Shown in pieces: positions 1 through 13,460 of a stretch of 40,208 bases of DNA. Below the pieces are notes generated by a model, which worked only from the letters and a program-made list of their open reading frames with translations, was not told where the DNA came from and did no database searches. The position numbers and the translations under genes were made by a program. Source of the stretch: Nemertoderma westbladi (taxonomy: Eukaryota; Animalia; Xenacoelomorpha); the NCBI GenBank assembly GCA_032718475.1, contig JAUCBJ010005339.1, forward strand, positions 1-40,208. The letters are read 5' to 3'. How positions within the stretch are numbered: position 1 is the first letter of the stretch; the number at the start of each line of letters is the position of its first letter.

Positions 1-3000
1 GTTGACAACAAGGCCATGATGGAACGCTTGGGGTGGGAGGATTGACAGCAAGGCCATGATGGAACGCTTGGGGTGGGAGGATTGACAGCAAGGCCATGAT
101 GGAACGCTTGGGGTGGGAGGGTTGACAGCAAGGCCATGATAGAACGCTTGCGTTGGGAGGGTTGACAACAAGGCCCAATGGAACGCTTGGGGTGGGAGTG
201 TTGACAGCAAGGCCATGATAGAACGCTTGGGGTGGGAGTATTGACAGCAAGGCCATGATGGAACGTTTGGGGTGGGAGGGCTGACAGCAAGGCCATGATA
301 GAACGCTTGGGTTGGGAGGATTGACAGCAAGGCCATGATGGAACGCTTGGGGTGGGAGGGCTGACAGCAAGGCCATGATAGAACGATTGGGTTGGAAGGG
401 TTGACAGCAAGGCCATGATAGATCGCTTGGGTTGGGAGGATTGACAGCAAGGCGATGATGGAACGCTTGGGGTGGGAGGGTTGACAACAAGGCCATGATA
501 GAACGATTGGGTTGGAAGGGTTGACAGCAAGGCTATGATAGATCGCTTGGGTTGGGAGGATTGACAGCAAGGCTATGATAGAACGCTTGGGGTGGGAGGG
601 TTGACAACAAGGCCATGATAGAACGATTGGGTTGGAAGGGTTGACAGCAAGGCTATGATAGATCGCTTGGGTTGGGAGGATTGACAGCAAGGCGATGATG
701 GAACGCTTGGGGTGGGAGGATTGACAGCAAGGCCTAATGGAATGCTTGGGGTGGGAGGGTTGTCAGCAAGGCCATGATAGAACGCTTTGTGTGGGAGGAT
801 TGACAGCAAGACCATGATAGAACGCTTGGGATGGGAGGATTGACAGCAAGGCCATGATAGATCGCTTGGGGTGGGAGGGTTGACATCAAGTCCAAGATAG
901 ATCGCTTGGGGTGGGCGGGTTGACAGCAAGGCCATGATAGAACGCTTGGGGTGGGAGGGTTGACAGCAAGGACATGATAGAACGCTTAGGGTGGGAGGGT
1001 TGACAGCAAGGCCATGATAGAACGCTTAGGTTGGGAAGATTGACAGCAAGGCCTAATGGAATGCTTGGGGTGGGAGGGTTGTCAGCAAGGCCATGATAGA
1101 ACGCTTTGTGTGGGAGGATTGACAGCAAGACCATGATAGAACGCTTGGGATGGGAGGATTGACAGCAAGGCCATGATAGATCGCTTGGGGTGGGAGGGTT
1201 GACATCAAGTCCAAGATAGATCGCTTGGGGTGGGAGGGTTGACAACAAGGCCCAATGGAACGCTTGGGGTGGGAGTGTTGACAGCAAGGCCATGATGGAA
1301 CGCTTGGGGTGGGAGGGCTGACAGCAAGGCCATGATAGAACGATTGGGTTGGAAGGGTTGACAGCAAGGCCATGATAGATCGCTTGGGTTGGGAGGATTG
1401 ACAGCAAGGCGATGATGGAACGCTTGGGGTGGGAGGGTTGACAACAAGGCCATGATAGAACGATTGGGTTGGAAGGGTTGACAGCAAGGCTATGATAGAT
1501 CGCTTGGGTTGGGAGGATTGACAGCAAGGCTATGATAGAACGCTTGGGGTGGGAGGGTTGACAACAAGGCCATGATAGAACGATTGGGTTGGAAGGGTTG
1601 ACAGCAAGGCTATGATAGATCGCTTGGGTTGGGAGGATTGACAGCAAGACCATGATAGAACGCTTGGGATGGGAGGATTGACAGCAAGGCCATGATAGAT
1701 CGCTTGGGGTGGGAGGGTTGACAGCAAGGCCATGAGAGAACGCTTGGGGTGGGAGGGTTGACAGCAAGACTATGATAGAACGCTTGGGGTGGGAGGATTG
1801 ACAGCAAGGCCATGATAGAATGGTTGGGGTGGGAGGATTGACAGCAAGGCCATGATAGAACGCTTGGGGTGGGAGGGTTGACAGCAAGGCCATGATAGAA
1901 CGCTTGGGGTGGGAGGGTTGGTAGCAATGCCATGATAGAACGCTTGGGGTGAGAGGGTTGGCAGCAATGCCATGATAGAACGCTTGGGGTGGGAGGGTTG
2001 ACAGCAAGGGCATGATAGAACGCTTAGGGTGGGAGGGTTGACAGCAAGGCCATGATAGAACGCTTAGGGTGGGAGGGTTGGCAGCAATGCCATGATAGAA
2101 TGCTTGGGGTGGGAGGGTTGATAGCAAGGCCATGATATAACGCTTGGGGTGGGATGGTTGACAGCAAGGCCATGATAGAACGCTTGGGGTGGGAGGGTTG
2201 GCAGCAATGCCATGATAGAATGCTTGGGGTGGGAGGATTGACAGCAAGGCCATGATAGAACGCTTGGGGTGGGAGGGCTGACAGCAAGGTCATGATAGAA
2301 CGCTTGGGTTGGGAGGATTGACAGCAAATCCATGATAGAATGCTTGGGGTGGGAGGGTTGACAGCAACGCCATGATAGAACGCTTGGGGTGGTGGGAGGG
2401 TTGACAGCAAGGCCATGATAGAACGCTTTGTGTGGGAGGATTGACAGCAAGACCATGATAGAACGCTTGGAGTGGGAGGGTTGACAGCATGGGCATGATA
2501 GAACGCTTGGGGTGGGAGGGTTGACAGCAAGGCCATGATAGAACGCTTTGTGTGGGAGGGTTGACAGCAAGGCCATGATAGAACGCTTGGGTTGGGAGGA
2601 TTGACAGCAAGGCCATGATAGAACGCTTGGGTTGGGATGATTGACAGCAAGGCTATGATAGAACACTTGTGGTGGGAGGGTTGATAGCAAGGCCATGATA
2701 GAACGCTTTATGTGGGAGTGTTGACGGGAAGGCCAAGATAGAACGCTTGGGGTGGGAGGATTGACAGCAAGGCCATGATGGAACGCTTGGGGTGGGAGGG
2801 TTGACAGCAAGGCCATGATAGAACGCTTGGGGTGGGAGGATTGATAGCAAGGTCATGATAGAACGCTTGGGGTGGGAGGATTGATAGCAAGGCCATGATA
2901 TAACGCTTGGTGTGGGAGGGTTGACAGCAAGGCCATGATAGAACGCTTGGGGTGGGAGGGTTGACAGCAAGGCCATGATAGAACGCTTGGGGTGGGAGGG

Positions 3001-6000
3001 TTGACATCAAGGCCATGATAGAACGCCTGGGGTGGGAGGATTGACAGCAATGCCATGATGGAACGCTTGGGGTGGGAGGATTGATAGCAAGGTCATGATA
3101 GAACGCTTGGGGTGGGAGGCTTGACAGCAAGGCCATGATAGAACGCTTGGGTTGGGAGGATTGACAGCAAGGCCATCATAGAACGCGTGGGGTGGAAGGA
3201 TTGACAGCAAGGCCCAATGGAACGCTTGGGTTGGGAGGATTGACAGCAAGGCTATGATAGAACGCTTGGGGTGGGAGTGTTGACAGCAAGGCCATGATAG
3301 AACGCTTGGGGTGGGAGGGTTGACAGCAAGGCCATGATAGAACGCTTTGTGTGGGTGGATTGACAGCAAGACCATGATAGAACGCTTGGGGTGGGAGGAT
3401 TGACAGCAAGGCCATGATAGAACGCTTGTGGTGGGAGTGTTGACAGGAAGGCCATGATAGAACGCTTGGGTTGGGAGGATTGACAGCAAGGCCATGATAG
3501 AACGCTTGGGTTGGGAGGATTGACAGCAAGGCCATGATAGAACGTTTGGGTTGAGAGGATTGACAGCAAGGCCATGATAGAACGCTTGGGTTGGGATGAT
3601 TGACAGCAAGGCTATGATAGAACACTTGGGGTGGGAGGGTTGATAGCAAGGCCATGATAGAACGCTTTATGTGGGAGTGTTGACGGGAAGGCCAAGATAG
3701 AACGCTTGGGGTGGGAGGATTGACAGCAAGGCCATGATGGAACGCTTGGGGTGGGAGGGTTGACAGCAAGGCCATGATAGAACGCTTGGGGTGGGAGGAT
3801 TGATAGCAAGGTCATGATAGAACGCTTGGGGTGGGAGGATTGACAGCAATGCCATGATAGAACGTTTGGGGTGGGAGGGTTGACATCAAGGCCATGTTGG
3901 GACGCGTGGGGTGGGAGGGTTGGCAACAATGCCATGATTGAACGCTCGGGGTGGGAGGGTTGACAGCAAGGCCATGATAGAACGCTTGGGGTTGTGGGAG
4001 GGTTGACTGCAAGGCCATGATTGAACGCTTGGGGTGTGAGGTTTGGCAGCAATGCATATGATAGAACGCTTGGGGTGGGAGGATTGACAGCACGGCCATG
4101 ATAGGACGCTAGGGGTGGGAGGGTTGACAGCAAGGCCATGATAGAACGCTTGGGGTGGGAGGGCGGACAGCAAGGTCATGATAGAACGCTTGGGGTGGGA
4201 GGATTGATAGCAAGGCCATGATAGAACGCTTGGTGTGGGAGGGTTGACAGCAAGGCCATGATAGAACGCTTGGGTTGGGATGATTGACAGCAAGGCTATG
4301 ATAGAACACTTGGGGTGGGAGGGTTGATAGCAAGGCCATGATAGAACGCTTGGGGTGGGAGTGTTGACAGGAAGGCCATGATAGAACGCTTGGGTTGGGA
4401 GGATTGACAGCAAGGCCATGATAGAACGCTTGGGTTGGGAGGATTGATAGCAAGGCCATGATAGAACGTTTGGGTTGAGAGGATTGACAGCAAGGCCATG
4501 ATAGAACGCTTGGGTTGGGATGATTGACAGCAAGGCTATGATAGAACACTTGGGGTGGGAGGGTTGATAGCAAGGCCATGATAGAACGCTTTATGTGGGA
4601 GTGTTGACGGGAAGGCCAAGATGGAACGCTTGGGGTGGGAGGATTGACAGCAAGGCCATGATGGAACGCTTGGGGTGGGAGGGTTGACAGCAAGGCCATG
4701 ATAGAACGCTTGGGGTGGGAGGATTGATAGCAAGGTCATGATAGAACGCTTGGGGTGGGAGGATTGATAGCAAGGCCATGATAGAACGCTTGGTGTGGGA
4801 GGGTTGACAGCAAGGCCATGATAGAACGCTTGGGGTGGGAGGGTTGACAGCAAGGCCATGATAGAACGCTTGGGGTGGGAGGGTTGACATCAAGGCCATG
4901 ATAGTACGCCTGGGGTGGGAGGATTGACAGCAATGCCATGATGGAACGCTTGGGGTGGGAGGATTGATAGCAAGGTCATGATAGAACGCTTGGGGTGGGA
5001 GGCTTGACAGCAAGGCCATGATAGAACGCTTGGGTTGGGAGGATTGACAGCAAGGCCATCATAGAACGCGTGGGGTGGGAGGATTGACAGCAAGGCCCAA
5101 TGGAACGCTTGGGTTGGGAGGATTGACAGCAAGGCTATGATAGAACGCTTGGGGTGGGAGTGTTGACAGCAAGGCCATGATAGAACGCTTGGGTTGGGAG
5201 AATTGACAGCAAGGCCATGATAGAAGGCTTGGGTTGGGATGATTGATAGCAAGGTCATGATAGAACGCTTGGGGTGGGAGGATTGATAGCAAGGCCATGA
5301 TAGAACGCTTGGTGTGGGAGGGTTGACAGCAAGGCCATGATAGAACGCTTGGGTTGGGAGAATTGACAGCAAGGCCATGATAGAAGGCTTGGGTTGGGAT
5401 GATTGATAGCAAGGTCATGATAGAACGCTTGGGGTGGGAGGATTGATAGCAAGGCCATGATAGAACGCTTGGTGTGGGAGGGTTGACAGCAAGGCCATGA
5501 TAGAACGCTTGGGGTGGGAGGGTTGACAGCAAGGCCATGATAGAACGCTTGGGTTGGGAGGATTGACAGCAAGGCCATGATAGAACGCTTGGGGTGGGAG
5601 GGCGGACAGCAAGGTCATGATAGAACGCTTGGGGTGGGAGGATTGATAGCAAGGCCATGATAGAACGCTTGGTGTGGGAGGGTTGACAGCAAGGCCATGA
5701 TAGAACGCTTGGGGTGGGAGGGTTGACAGCAAGGCCATGATAGAACGGTTGGGTTGGGAGGATTGACAGCAAGGCCATGATAGAACGCCTGGGGTGGGAG
5801 GATTGACAGCAAGGCCATGATGGAACGCTTGGGGTGGGAGGATTGATAGCAAGGCCATGATAGAACGCTTGGGGTGGGAGGCTTGACAGCAAGGCCATGA
5901 TAGAACGCTTGGGTTGGGAGGATTGACAGCAAGGCCATGATAGAACGCCTGGGGTGGGAGGATTGACAGCAAGGACCAATGGAACGCTTGGGTTGGGAGG

Positions 6001-9000
6001 ATTGGCAGCAAGGCTATGATAGAACGCTTGGGGTGGGGGGTTGAAAGCAAGGCCATGATAGAACGCTTTGTGTGGGAGTGTTGACAGGAAGGCCATGATA
6101 GAACGCTTAGGTTGGGAAGATTGACAGCAAGGCCATGATAGAACGCTTGGGTTGGGAAGATTGACAGCAAGGCCATGATAGAACGCTTGGGTTGGGAGGA
6201 TTGACAGCAAGGCCATGATAGATCGCTTGTGGTGGTAGGGTTGACAGCTTGGGCATTGAGGACGAGAGAGAGAGGTTGGGGTGGGAGGGCTGACAGCAAG
6301 GCCATGATAGAACGCTTGGGGTGGGAGGGTTGACAGCAAGGCCCAATGCAACGCTTGGATTGGGAGGATTGACAGCAAGGCTATGATAGAACGCTTGGGG
6401 TGGGAGGGTTGAAAGCAAGGCCATGATAGAACGCTTTGTGTGGGAGTGTTGACAGGAAGGCCATGATAGAACTCTTGGGTTGGGAGGATTGACCGCAAGG
6501 CCGTGATAGAACGCTTGGGTTGGGAGGATTGACAGCAAGGCCATGATAGAACGCTTGGGTTGGGAGGATTGACAGCAAGGCTATGATAGAACGCTTGGGG
6601 TGGGAGGGTTGAAAGCAAGGCCATGTTAGAACGCTTTGTGTGGGAGTGTTGACAGGAAGGCCATGATAGAACGCTTGGGGTGGGAGGGTTGACAAAAAGG
6701 CCATGAGAGAACGATTAGGGTGGGAAGGTTGACAGCAAGGCCATGATAGAACGCTTGTGGTGGGAGGGTTGACAGCAAGGCCGTAATGGAACGCTTGGGG
6801 TGGGAGGGTTGACAGCAAGGCCATGATAGAACACTTGGGTTGGGAGGATTGACAGCCAGGCCCAATGGAACGCTTGGGTTGGGATGATTGACTGCAAGGC
6901 CATGGTAGAACGCTTGGGGTGGGAGGATTGACAGCAAGGCCATGATAGAACGCTTGGGGTGGGAGGGTTGACAGCAAGGCCATGATAGAACGCTTGGGTT
7001 GGGAGGATTGACAGCAAGGCCATGATAGAACACTTGGATTGGGAGGATTGACAGCAAGGCCCAATGGAACGCTTGGGTTGGGAGGATTGACAGCAAGGCC
7101 ATGATAGAACACTTGGGGTGGGAGGATTGACAGCAAGGCCCTATGGAACGCTTGGGTTGGGGGGATTGACAGCAAGGCCATAATAGAACGCTTGGGGTGG
7201 GAGGGTTGACAGGAAGGCCATGATAGAACGCTTGGGTTGGGAGGATTGACAGCAAGGCCATGATGGAACGCTTGGGTTGGGAGGATTGACAGCAAAGCCA
7301 TGATAGAACGCTTGGGTTGGGGGGATTGACAGCAAGGCTATGATAGAACGCTTGGGGTGGGAGGGTTGAAAGCAAGGCCATGATAGAACGTTTTGTGTGG
7401 GAGTGTGACAGGAAGGCCATGATAGAACGCTTGGGGTGGTAGGGCTGACAGCAAGGCCATGATAGAACGCTTGGGTTGGGAGGGTTGACAGCAAGGCCAT
7501 GATAGAACGCTTGGGTTGGGAGGATTGACAGCAAAGCCATCATAGAACGCTTGGGTTGGGGGGATTGACAGCAAGGCTATGATAGAACGCTTGGGGTGGG
7601 AGGGTTGAAAGCAAGGCCATGATAGAACGTTTTGTGTGGGAGTGTGACAGCAAGGCCATGATAGAACGCTTGGGTTGGCAGGGTTGACAGCAAGGCCATG
7701 ATAGAACGCTTGGGTTGGGAGGATTGACAGCAAGGCCATGATAGAACACTTGGGTTGGGAGGATTGACAGCAAGGCCCAATGGAACGCTTGGGTTGAGAG
7801 GATTGACAGCAATGCCATGATAGAACGCTTGGGTTGGGAGGATTGACAGCAAAGCCATCATAGAACGCTTGGGTTGGGGGGATTGACAGCAAGGCTATGA
7901 TAGAACGCTTGGGGTGGGAGGGTTGAAAGCAAGGCCATGATAGAACGTTTTGTGTGGGAGTGTTGACAAGAAGGCCATGATAGAACGCTTGGGGTGGTAG
8001 GGCTGACAGCAAGGCCATGATAGAACGCTTGGGTTGGGAGGGTTGACAGCAAGGCCATGATAGAACGCTTGGGTTGGGAGGATTGACAGCAAGGCCATGA
8101 TAGAACACTTGGGTTGGGAGGATTGACAGCCAGGCCCAATGGAACGCTTGGGTTGGGAGGATTGACAGCAAGGCCATGATAGAACGCTTGGGGTGGGAGG
8201 ATTGACAGCAAGGCCATGGTAGAACGCTTGGGGTGGGAGGATTGACAGCAAGGCCATGATAGAACGCTTGGGGTGGGAGGGTTGACAGCAAGGCCATGAT
8301 AGAACGCTTGGGTTGGGAGGATTGACAGCAAGGCCATGATAGAACACTTGGATTGGGAGGATTGACAGCAAGGCCCAATGGAACGCTTGGGTTGGGAGGA
8401 TTGACAGCAAGGCCATGATAGAACACTTGGGGTGGGAGGATTGACAGCAAGGCCCTATGGAACGCATGGGTTGTGGGGATTGACAGTAAGGCCATAATAG
8501 AACGCTTGGGGTGGGAGGGTGGACAGGAAGGCCATGATAGAACGCTTGGGTTGGGAGGATTGACAGCAAGGCCATGATAGAACGCTTGGGTTGGGAGGAT
8601 TGACAGCAAAGCCATGATAGAACGCTTGGGTTGGGGGGATTGACAGCAAGGCTATGATAGAACGCTTGGGATGGGAGGGTTGAAAGCAAGGCCATGATAG
8701 AACGTTTTGTGTGGGAGTGTGACAGGAAGGCCATGATAGAACGCTTGGGGTGGTAGGGCTGACAGCAAGGCCATGATAGAACGCTTGGGTTGGGAGGGTT
8801 GACAGCAAGGCCATGATAGAACGCTTGGGTTGGGAGGATTGACAGCAAGGCCCAATGGAACGCTTGGGTTGGGAGGATTGACAGCAAGGCCCTGATAGAA
8901 CGCTTGGGGTGGAAGGATTGACAGCAAGGCTATGATAGAACGCTTGGGGTGGAAGGATTGACAGCAAGGCTATGATAGAACGCTTGGGGTGGGAGGATTG

Positions 9001-12000
9001 ACAGCAATGCCATGATAGAACGCTTGGGTTGGGAGGATTGACAGCAAAGCCATCATAGAACGCTTGGGTTGGGGGGATTGACAGCAAGGCTATGATAGAA
9101 CGCTTGGGGTGGGAGGGTTGAAAGCAAGGCCATGATAGAACGTTTTGTGTGGGAGTGTTGACAAGAAGGCCATGATAGAACGCTTGGGGTGGTAGGGCTG
9201 ACAGCAAGGCCATGATAGAACGCTTGGGCTGGGAGGGTTGACAGCAAGGCCATGATAGAACGCTTGGGTTGGGAGGATTGACAGCAAGGCCATGATAGAA
9301 CACTTGGGTTGGGAGGATTGACAGCCAGGCCCAATGGAACGCTTGGGTTGGGAGGATTGACAGCAAGGCCATGATAGAACGCTTGGGGTGGGAGGATTGG
9401 CAGCAAGGCCATGGTAGAACGCTTGGGGTGGGAGGATTGACAGCAAGGCCATGACAGAACGCTTGGGGTGGGAGGGTTGACAGCAAGGCCATGATAGAAC
9501 GCTTGGGTTGGGAGGAATGACAGCAAGGCCATGATAGAACACTTGGATTGGGAGGATTGACAGCAAGGCCCAATGGAACGCTTGGGTTGGGAGGATTGAC
9601 AGCAAGGCCATGATAGAACACTTGGGGTGGGAGGATTGACAGCAAGGCCCTATGGAACGCTTGGGGTGGGAGGGCTGACAGCAAGGCCATGATAGAACGC
9701 TTGGGTTGGGAGGATTGACAGCAAGGCCATGATAGGACACTTGGGTTGGGAGGATTGACAGCAAGGCCCAATAGAACGCTTGGGGTGAGAGGGTTGACAG
9801 CAAGGCCATCATAGAACGCTTGGGTTGGGAGGATTGACAGCAAGGCCATGATAGAACACTTGGGGTGGGAGGGTTGACAGCAAGGCCATGATAGAACGCT
9901 TGGGGTGGGAGAATTGACAGCAAGACCATGATAAAACGATTAGGGTGGGAGGGTTGACAGCAATGCCATGATAGAACACTTGAGGTGGGAGGGTTGACAG
10001 CAAGGCCATGATAGAACACTTGGGGTGGGAGGATTGACAGCAAGGCCCAATGGAACGCTTGGGTTGGGAGGATTTACAGCAAGGCCATGATAGAACACTT
10101 GGGTTGGGAGGATTGACAGCAAGGCCATGATAGAACACTTGGGGTGGGAGGATTGACAGCAAGGCCCAATGGAACGCTTGGGTTGGGAGGATTGGCAGCA
10201 ATGCATATGATAGAACGCTTGGGGTGGGAGGGCTGACAGCAAGGCCATGATAGAACGCTTGGGGTGGGAGGATTGACAGCAAGGCCGTGATGGAATACTT
10301 GGGGTGGGAGGGCTGACAGCAAGGCCATGATAGAACGATTAGGGTGGGAGGGTTGACAGCAAGGCCCAATAGAACGCTTGGGTTGGGAGAATTGACAGCA
10401 AGGCTATGATAGAACGCTTTTGGGGTGGGAGGGTTGACAGCAAGGCCATGATAGAACACTTGGGTTGGGAGGATTGACAGCAAGGCCATGATAGAACACT
10501 TGGGGTGGGAGGATTGACAGCAAGGCCCAATGGAATGCTTGGGTTGGGAGGATTGACAGCAAGGCCATGCATGATAGAACACTTGGGTTGGGGGGAGTGA
10601 CAGCAAGGCCATGATAGAACACTTGGGGTGGGAGGATTGACAGCAAGGCCCAATGGAACGCTTGGGTTGGGAGGATTGACAGCAATGTTTATGATAGAAC
10701 GCTTGGGGTGTGAGGGCTGACAGAAAGGCCATGATAGAACGCCTGGGGTGGGATGATTGACAGCAAGGCCGTAATGGAACGCTTGGGTGGGAGGGCTGAC
10801 AGCAAGGCCCTGATAGAACGATTAGGGTGGGAGGGTCGTCAGCAAGGCCCAATGGAACACTTGGGTTGAGAGGATTGACAGCAAGGCCATGATAGAACGC
10901 TTGGGGTGGGAGGGTTGACAGCAAGGCCATAATAGAACGCTTGGGGTGGGAGGGTTGACAGCAAGGCCATGATAGAACGATTAGGGTGGGAGGGTTGTCA
11001 GCAAGGCCCAATGGAACGCTTGGGTTCAGAGGATTGACGGCAAGGCCATGATAGAACGCTTGGGGTGGGAGGATTGACAGCAAGGCCATGATAGAACGAT
11101 TGGGATGGGAAGGTTGTCAGCAAGGCCCAATGGAACGTTTGGGTTGAGAGGATTGACAGCAAGGCCATGATAGAACGCTTGGGGTGGGAGGATTGACAGC
11201 AAGGCCATGATAGAACGCTTGGGGTGGGAGGGTTGACAACAAGGCCATGATAGAACTCTTGGGGTGGGAGGGTTGTCAGCAAGGCCCAATGGAACGCTTG
11301 GGTTGAGAGGATTGACAGCAAGGCTATGATAGAAGGCTTGGGGTAGGAGGGTTGACAACAACGCCATGACAGAACGCTTGGGGTGGGAGGGTTGACAGCA
11401 AGGCCATGATAGAACGCTTGGGTTGGGAGGATTGACAGCAAAGCCATGATAGAACGCTTGGGTTGGGGGGATTGACAGCAAGACTATGATAGAACACTTG
11501 GGGTGGGAGGGTTGAAAGCAAGGCCATGATAGAACGCTTAGGGTGGGAGGGTTGACAGCAAGGCCATGATAGAACGCTTTGTGTGGGAGTGTTGACAGGA
11601 AGGCCATGATAGAACGCTTGGGGTGGGAGGGCTGACGGCAAGGCCATGATAGAACACTTCGGTTGGGAGGATTGACAGCAAAGCCATGGTAGACCGCTTG
11701 GGTTGGGAGGATTGAAAGCAAGGCCATGATAGAACGCTTAGGGTGGGAGGGTTGGCAGCAAGGCCATGATAGAACGCTTTGTGTGGGAATGTTGACAGGA
11801 AGGCCATGATAGAACGCTTGGAGTGGGGGGCTGACAGCAAGGCCATGATAGAACGCTTGTTGTGGGTGGGTTGACAGCAAGGCCTAATCGAACGCTTGGG
11901 GTGGGAGGGTTGACAGCAAGGCCATGATAGAACGATTAGGATGGGAAGGTTGTCAGCAAGGCCCAATGGAACGCTTGGGTTGGGAGGGCTGACGGCAAGG

Positions 12001-13178
12001 CTATGATAGAACACTTGGGTTGAGAGGATAGACAGCAAAGCCATGGTAGAACGCTTGGGTTGGGAGGATTGAAAGCAAGGCCATGATAGAACGCTTAGGG
12101 TGGGAGGGTTGACAGCAAGGCCTAATGGATCGCTTGGGGTGGAGGGCTTACAGCAAGGTCATGATAGAACGCTTGGGGTGGGGGGGGGGGGGGTTAGGAG
12201 CAAGGCCATGATGGAACGCTTTGTGTGGGAGGGTTGGGAGCAATGCATATGATAGAACGCTTGTGGTGGGAGGGTTGACAGCAAGGCTATGATAGAACGC
12301 TTGGGGTGGGAGGATTGACAGCAAGGCCGTGATGGAACGCTTGGGGTGGGAGGGTTGAAAGCAAGGCCATGATAGAAGGCTTAGGGTGGGAGGGTTGGCA
12401 GCAAGGCCATGATAGAACGCTTTGTGTGGGAGTATTGACAGGAAGGCCATAATAGAACGCTCGGGGTGGGAGGGTTGACAGCAAGGCCTAATGGAACGCT
12501 TGGGGTGGAGGGCTTACAGCAAGGTCATGATAGAACGCTTGGGGTGGGGGGGGGGGGGGGGGTTAGGAGCAAGGCCATGATGGAACGCTTTGTGTGGGAG
12601 GGTTGGGAGCAATGCATATGATAGAACGCTTGTGGTGGGAGGGTTGACAGCAAGGCTATGATAGAACGCTTGGGGTGGGAGGGTTGAAAGCAAGGCCATG
12701 ATAGAACGCTTAGGGTGGGAGGGTTGGCAGCAAGGCCATGATAGAACGCTTGGGGTGGGAGGATTGAAAGCAAGGCCATGATAGAACGCTTAGGGTGGGA
12801 GGGTTGGCAGCAAGGCCATGATAGAACGCTTTGTGTGGGAGTATTGACAGGAAGGCCATAATAGAACGCTTGGGGTGGGAGGGTTGACAGCAAGGCCATG
12901 ATAGAACGCTTAGGGTGGGAGGGTTGGCAGCAAGGCCATGATAGAACGCTTTGTGTGGGAGTATTGACAGGAAGGCCATAATAGAACGTTTGGGGTGGGA
13001 GGGTTGACAGCAAGGCCTAATGGAACGCTTGGGGTGGGAGGGTTGACAGCAAGGCCTAATGGAACGCTTGGGGTGGGAGGGTTGACAGCAAGGCCATGAT
13101 GGAACGCTTGGGGTGGGAGGATTGACAGCAAGGCCATTATGGAACGCTTGGGGTGGGTGGGTTGACAGCAAGGTCATG
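1..13178 (+). repeat. 40-bp tandem satellite array (~330 units), running off the left edge of the window
   Basis: Consensus GTTGACAGCAAGGCCATGATAGAACGCTTGGGGTGGGAGG repeated head-to-tail, with recurrent variants (39-bp GGCCCAATGG unit, GGGTTGGG, TTTGTGTGGG). Ends abruptly at ...AAGGTCATGG ~13178. Confidence 0.98.
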
Positions 13179-13460
13179 GAATGAGCCTTTTGTAGTTTGC
13201 GTTGTACAGTATATTGATATCGGATAACAACGAGTCACCAATAATACCAATAACGTTATCTCAACTGCGTTGAGTACAACGTACTTACTATTAACACCAA
13301 TAAGTTAAATACACCGTTAGGGGTTTGAGGTGATATTTTATGAGTAGTAAAACACTCCAAAATGAATCTACACCAAATTCCATCATCAATTAATACACCA
13401 ATAATACAAACATCTGGGTAATCAGCTACAGTTAACACATTAACTCATTAACTCTGTATT

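Noticed and set aside
573-13177. Dozens of long minus-strand ORFs (MALLSTLPPQAFYHGLAV...)
   Set aside because: The 40-bp unit lacks stop codons on the minus strand in all frames. 39-bp variants shift frame freely, all three frames give the same peptide cycle, and there is no codon-level constraint.
1-13178. CRISPR array
   Set aside because: Units are contiguous with no unique spacers, there are no cas genes, and the context is eukaryotic.
1-13178. Telomeric repeat at the left edge
   Set aside because: The unit is 40 bp and heterogeneous, and the G-rich strand runs 5'->3' toward the unique sequence, opposite to a telomere at this end.
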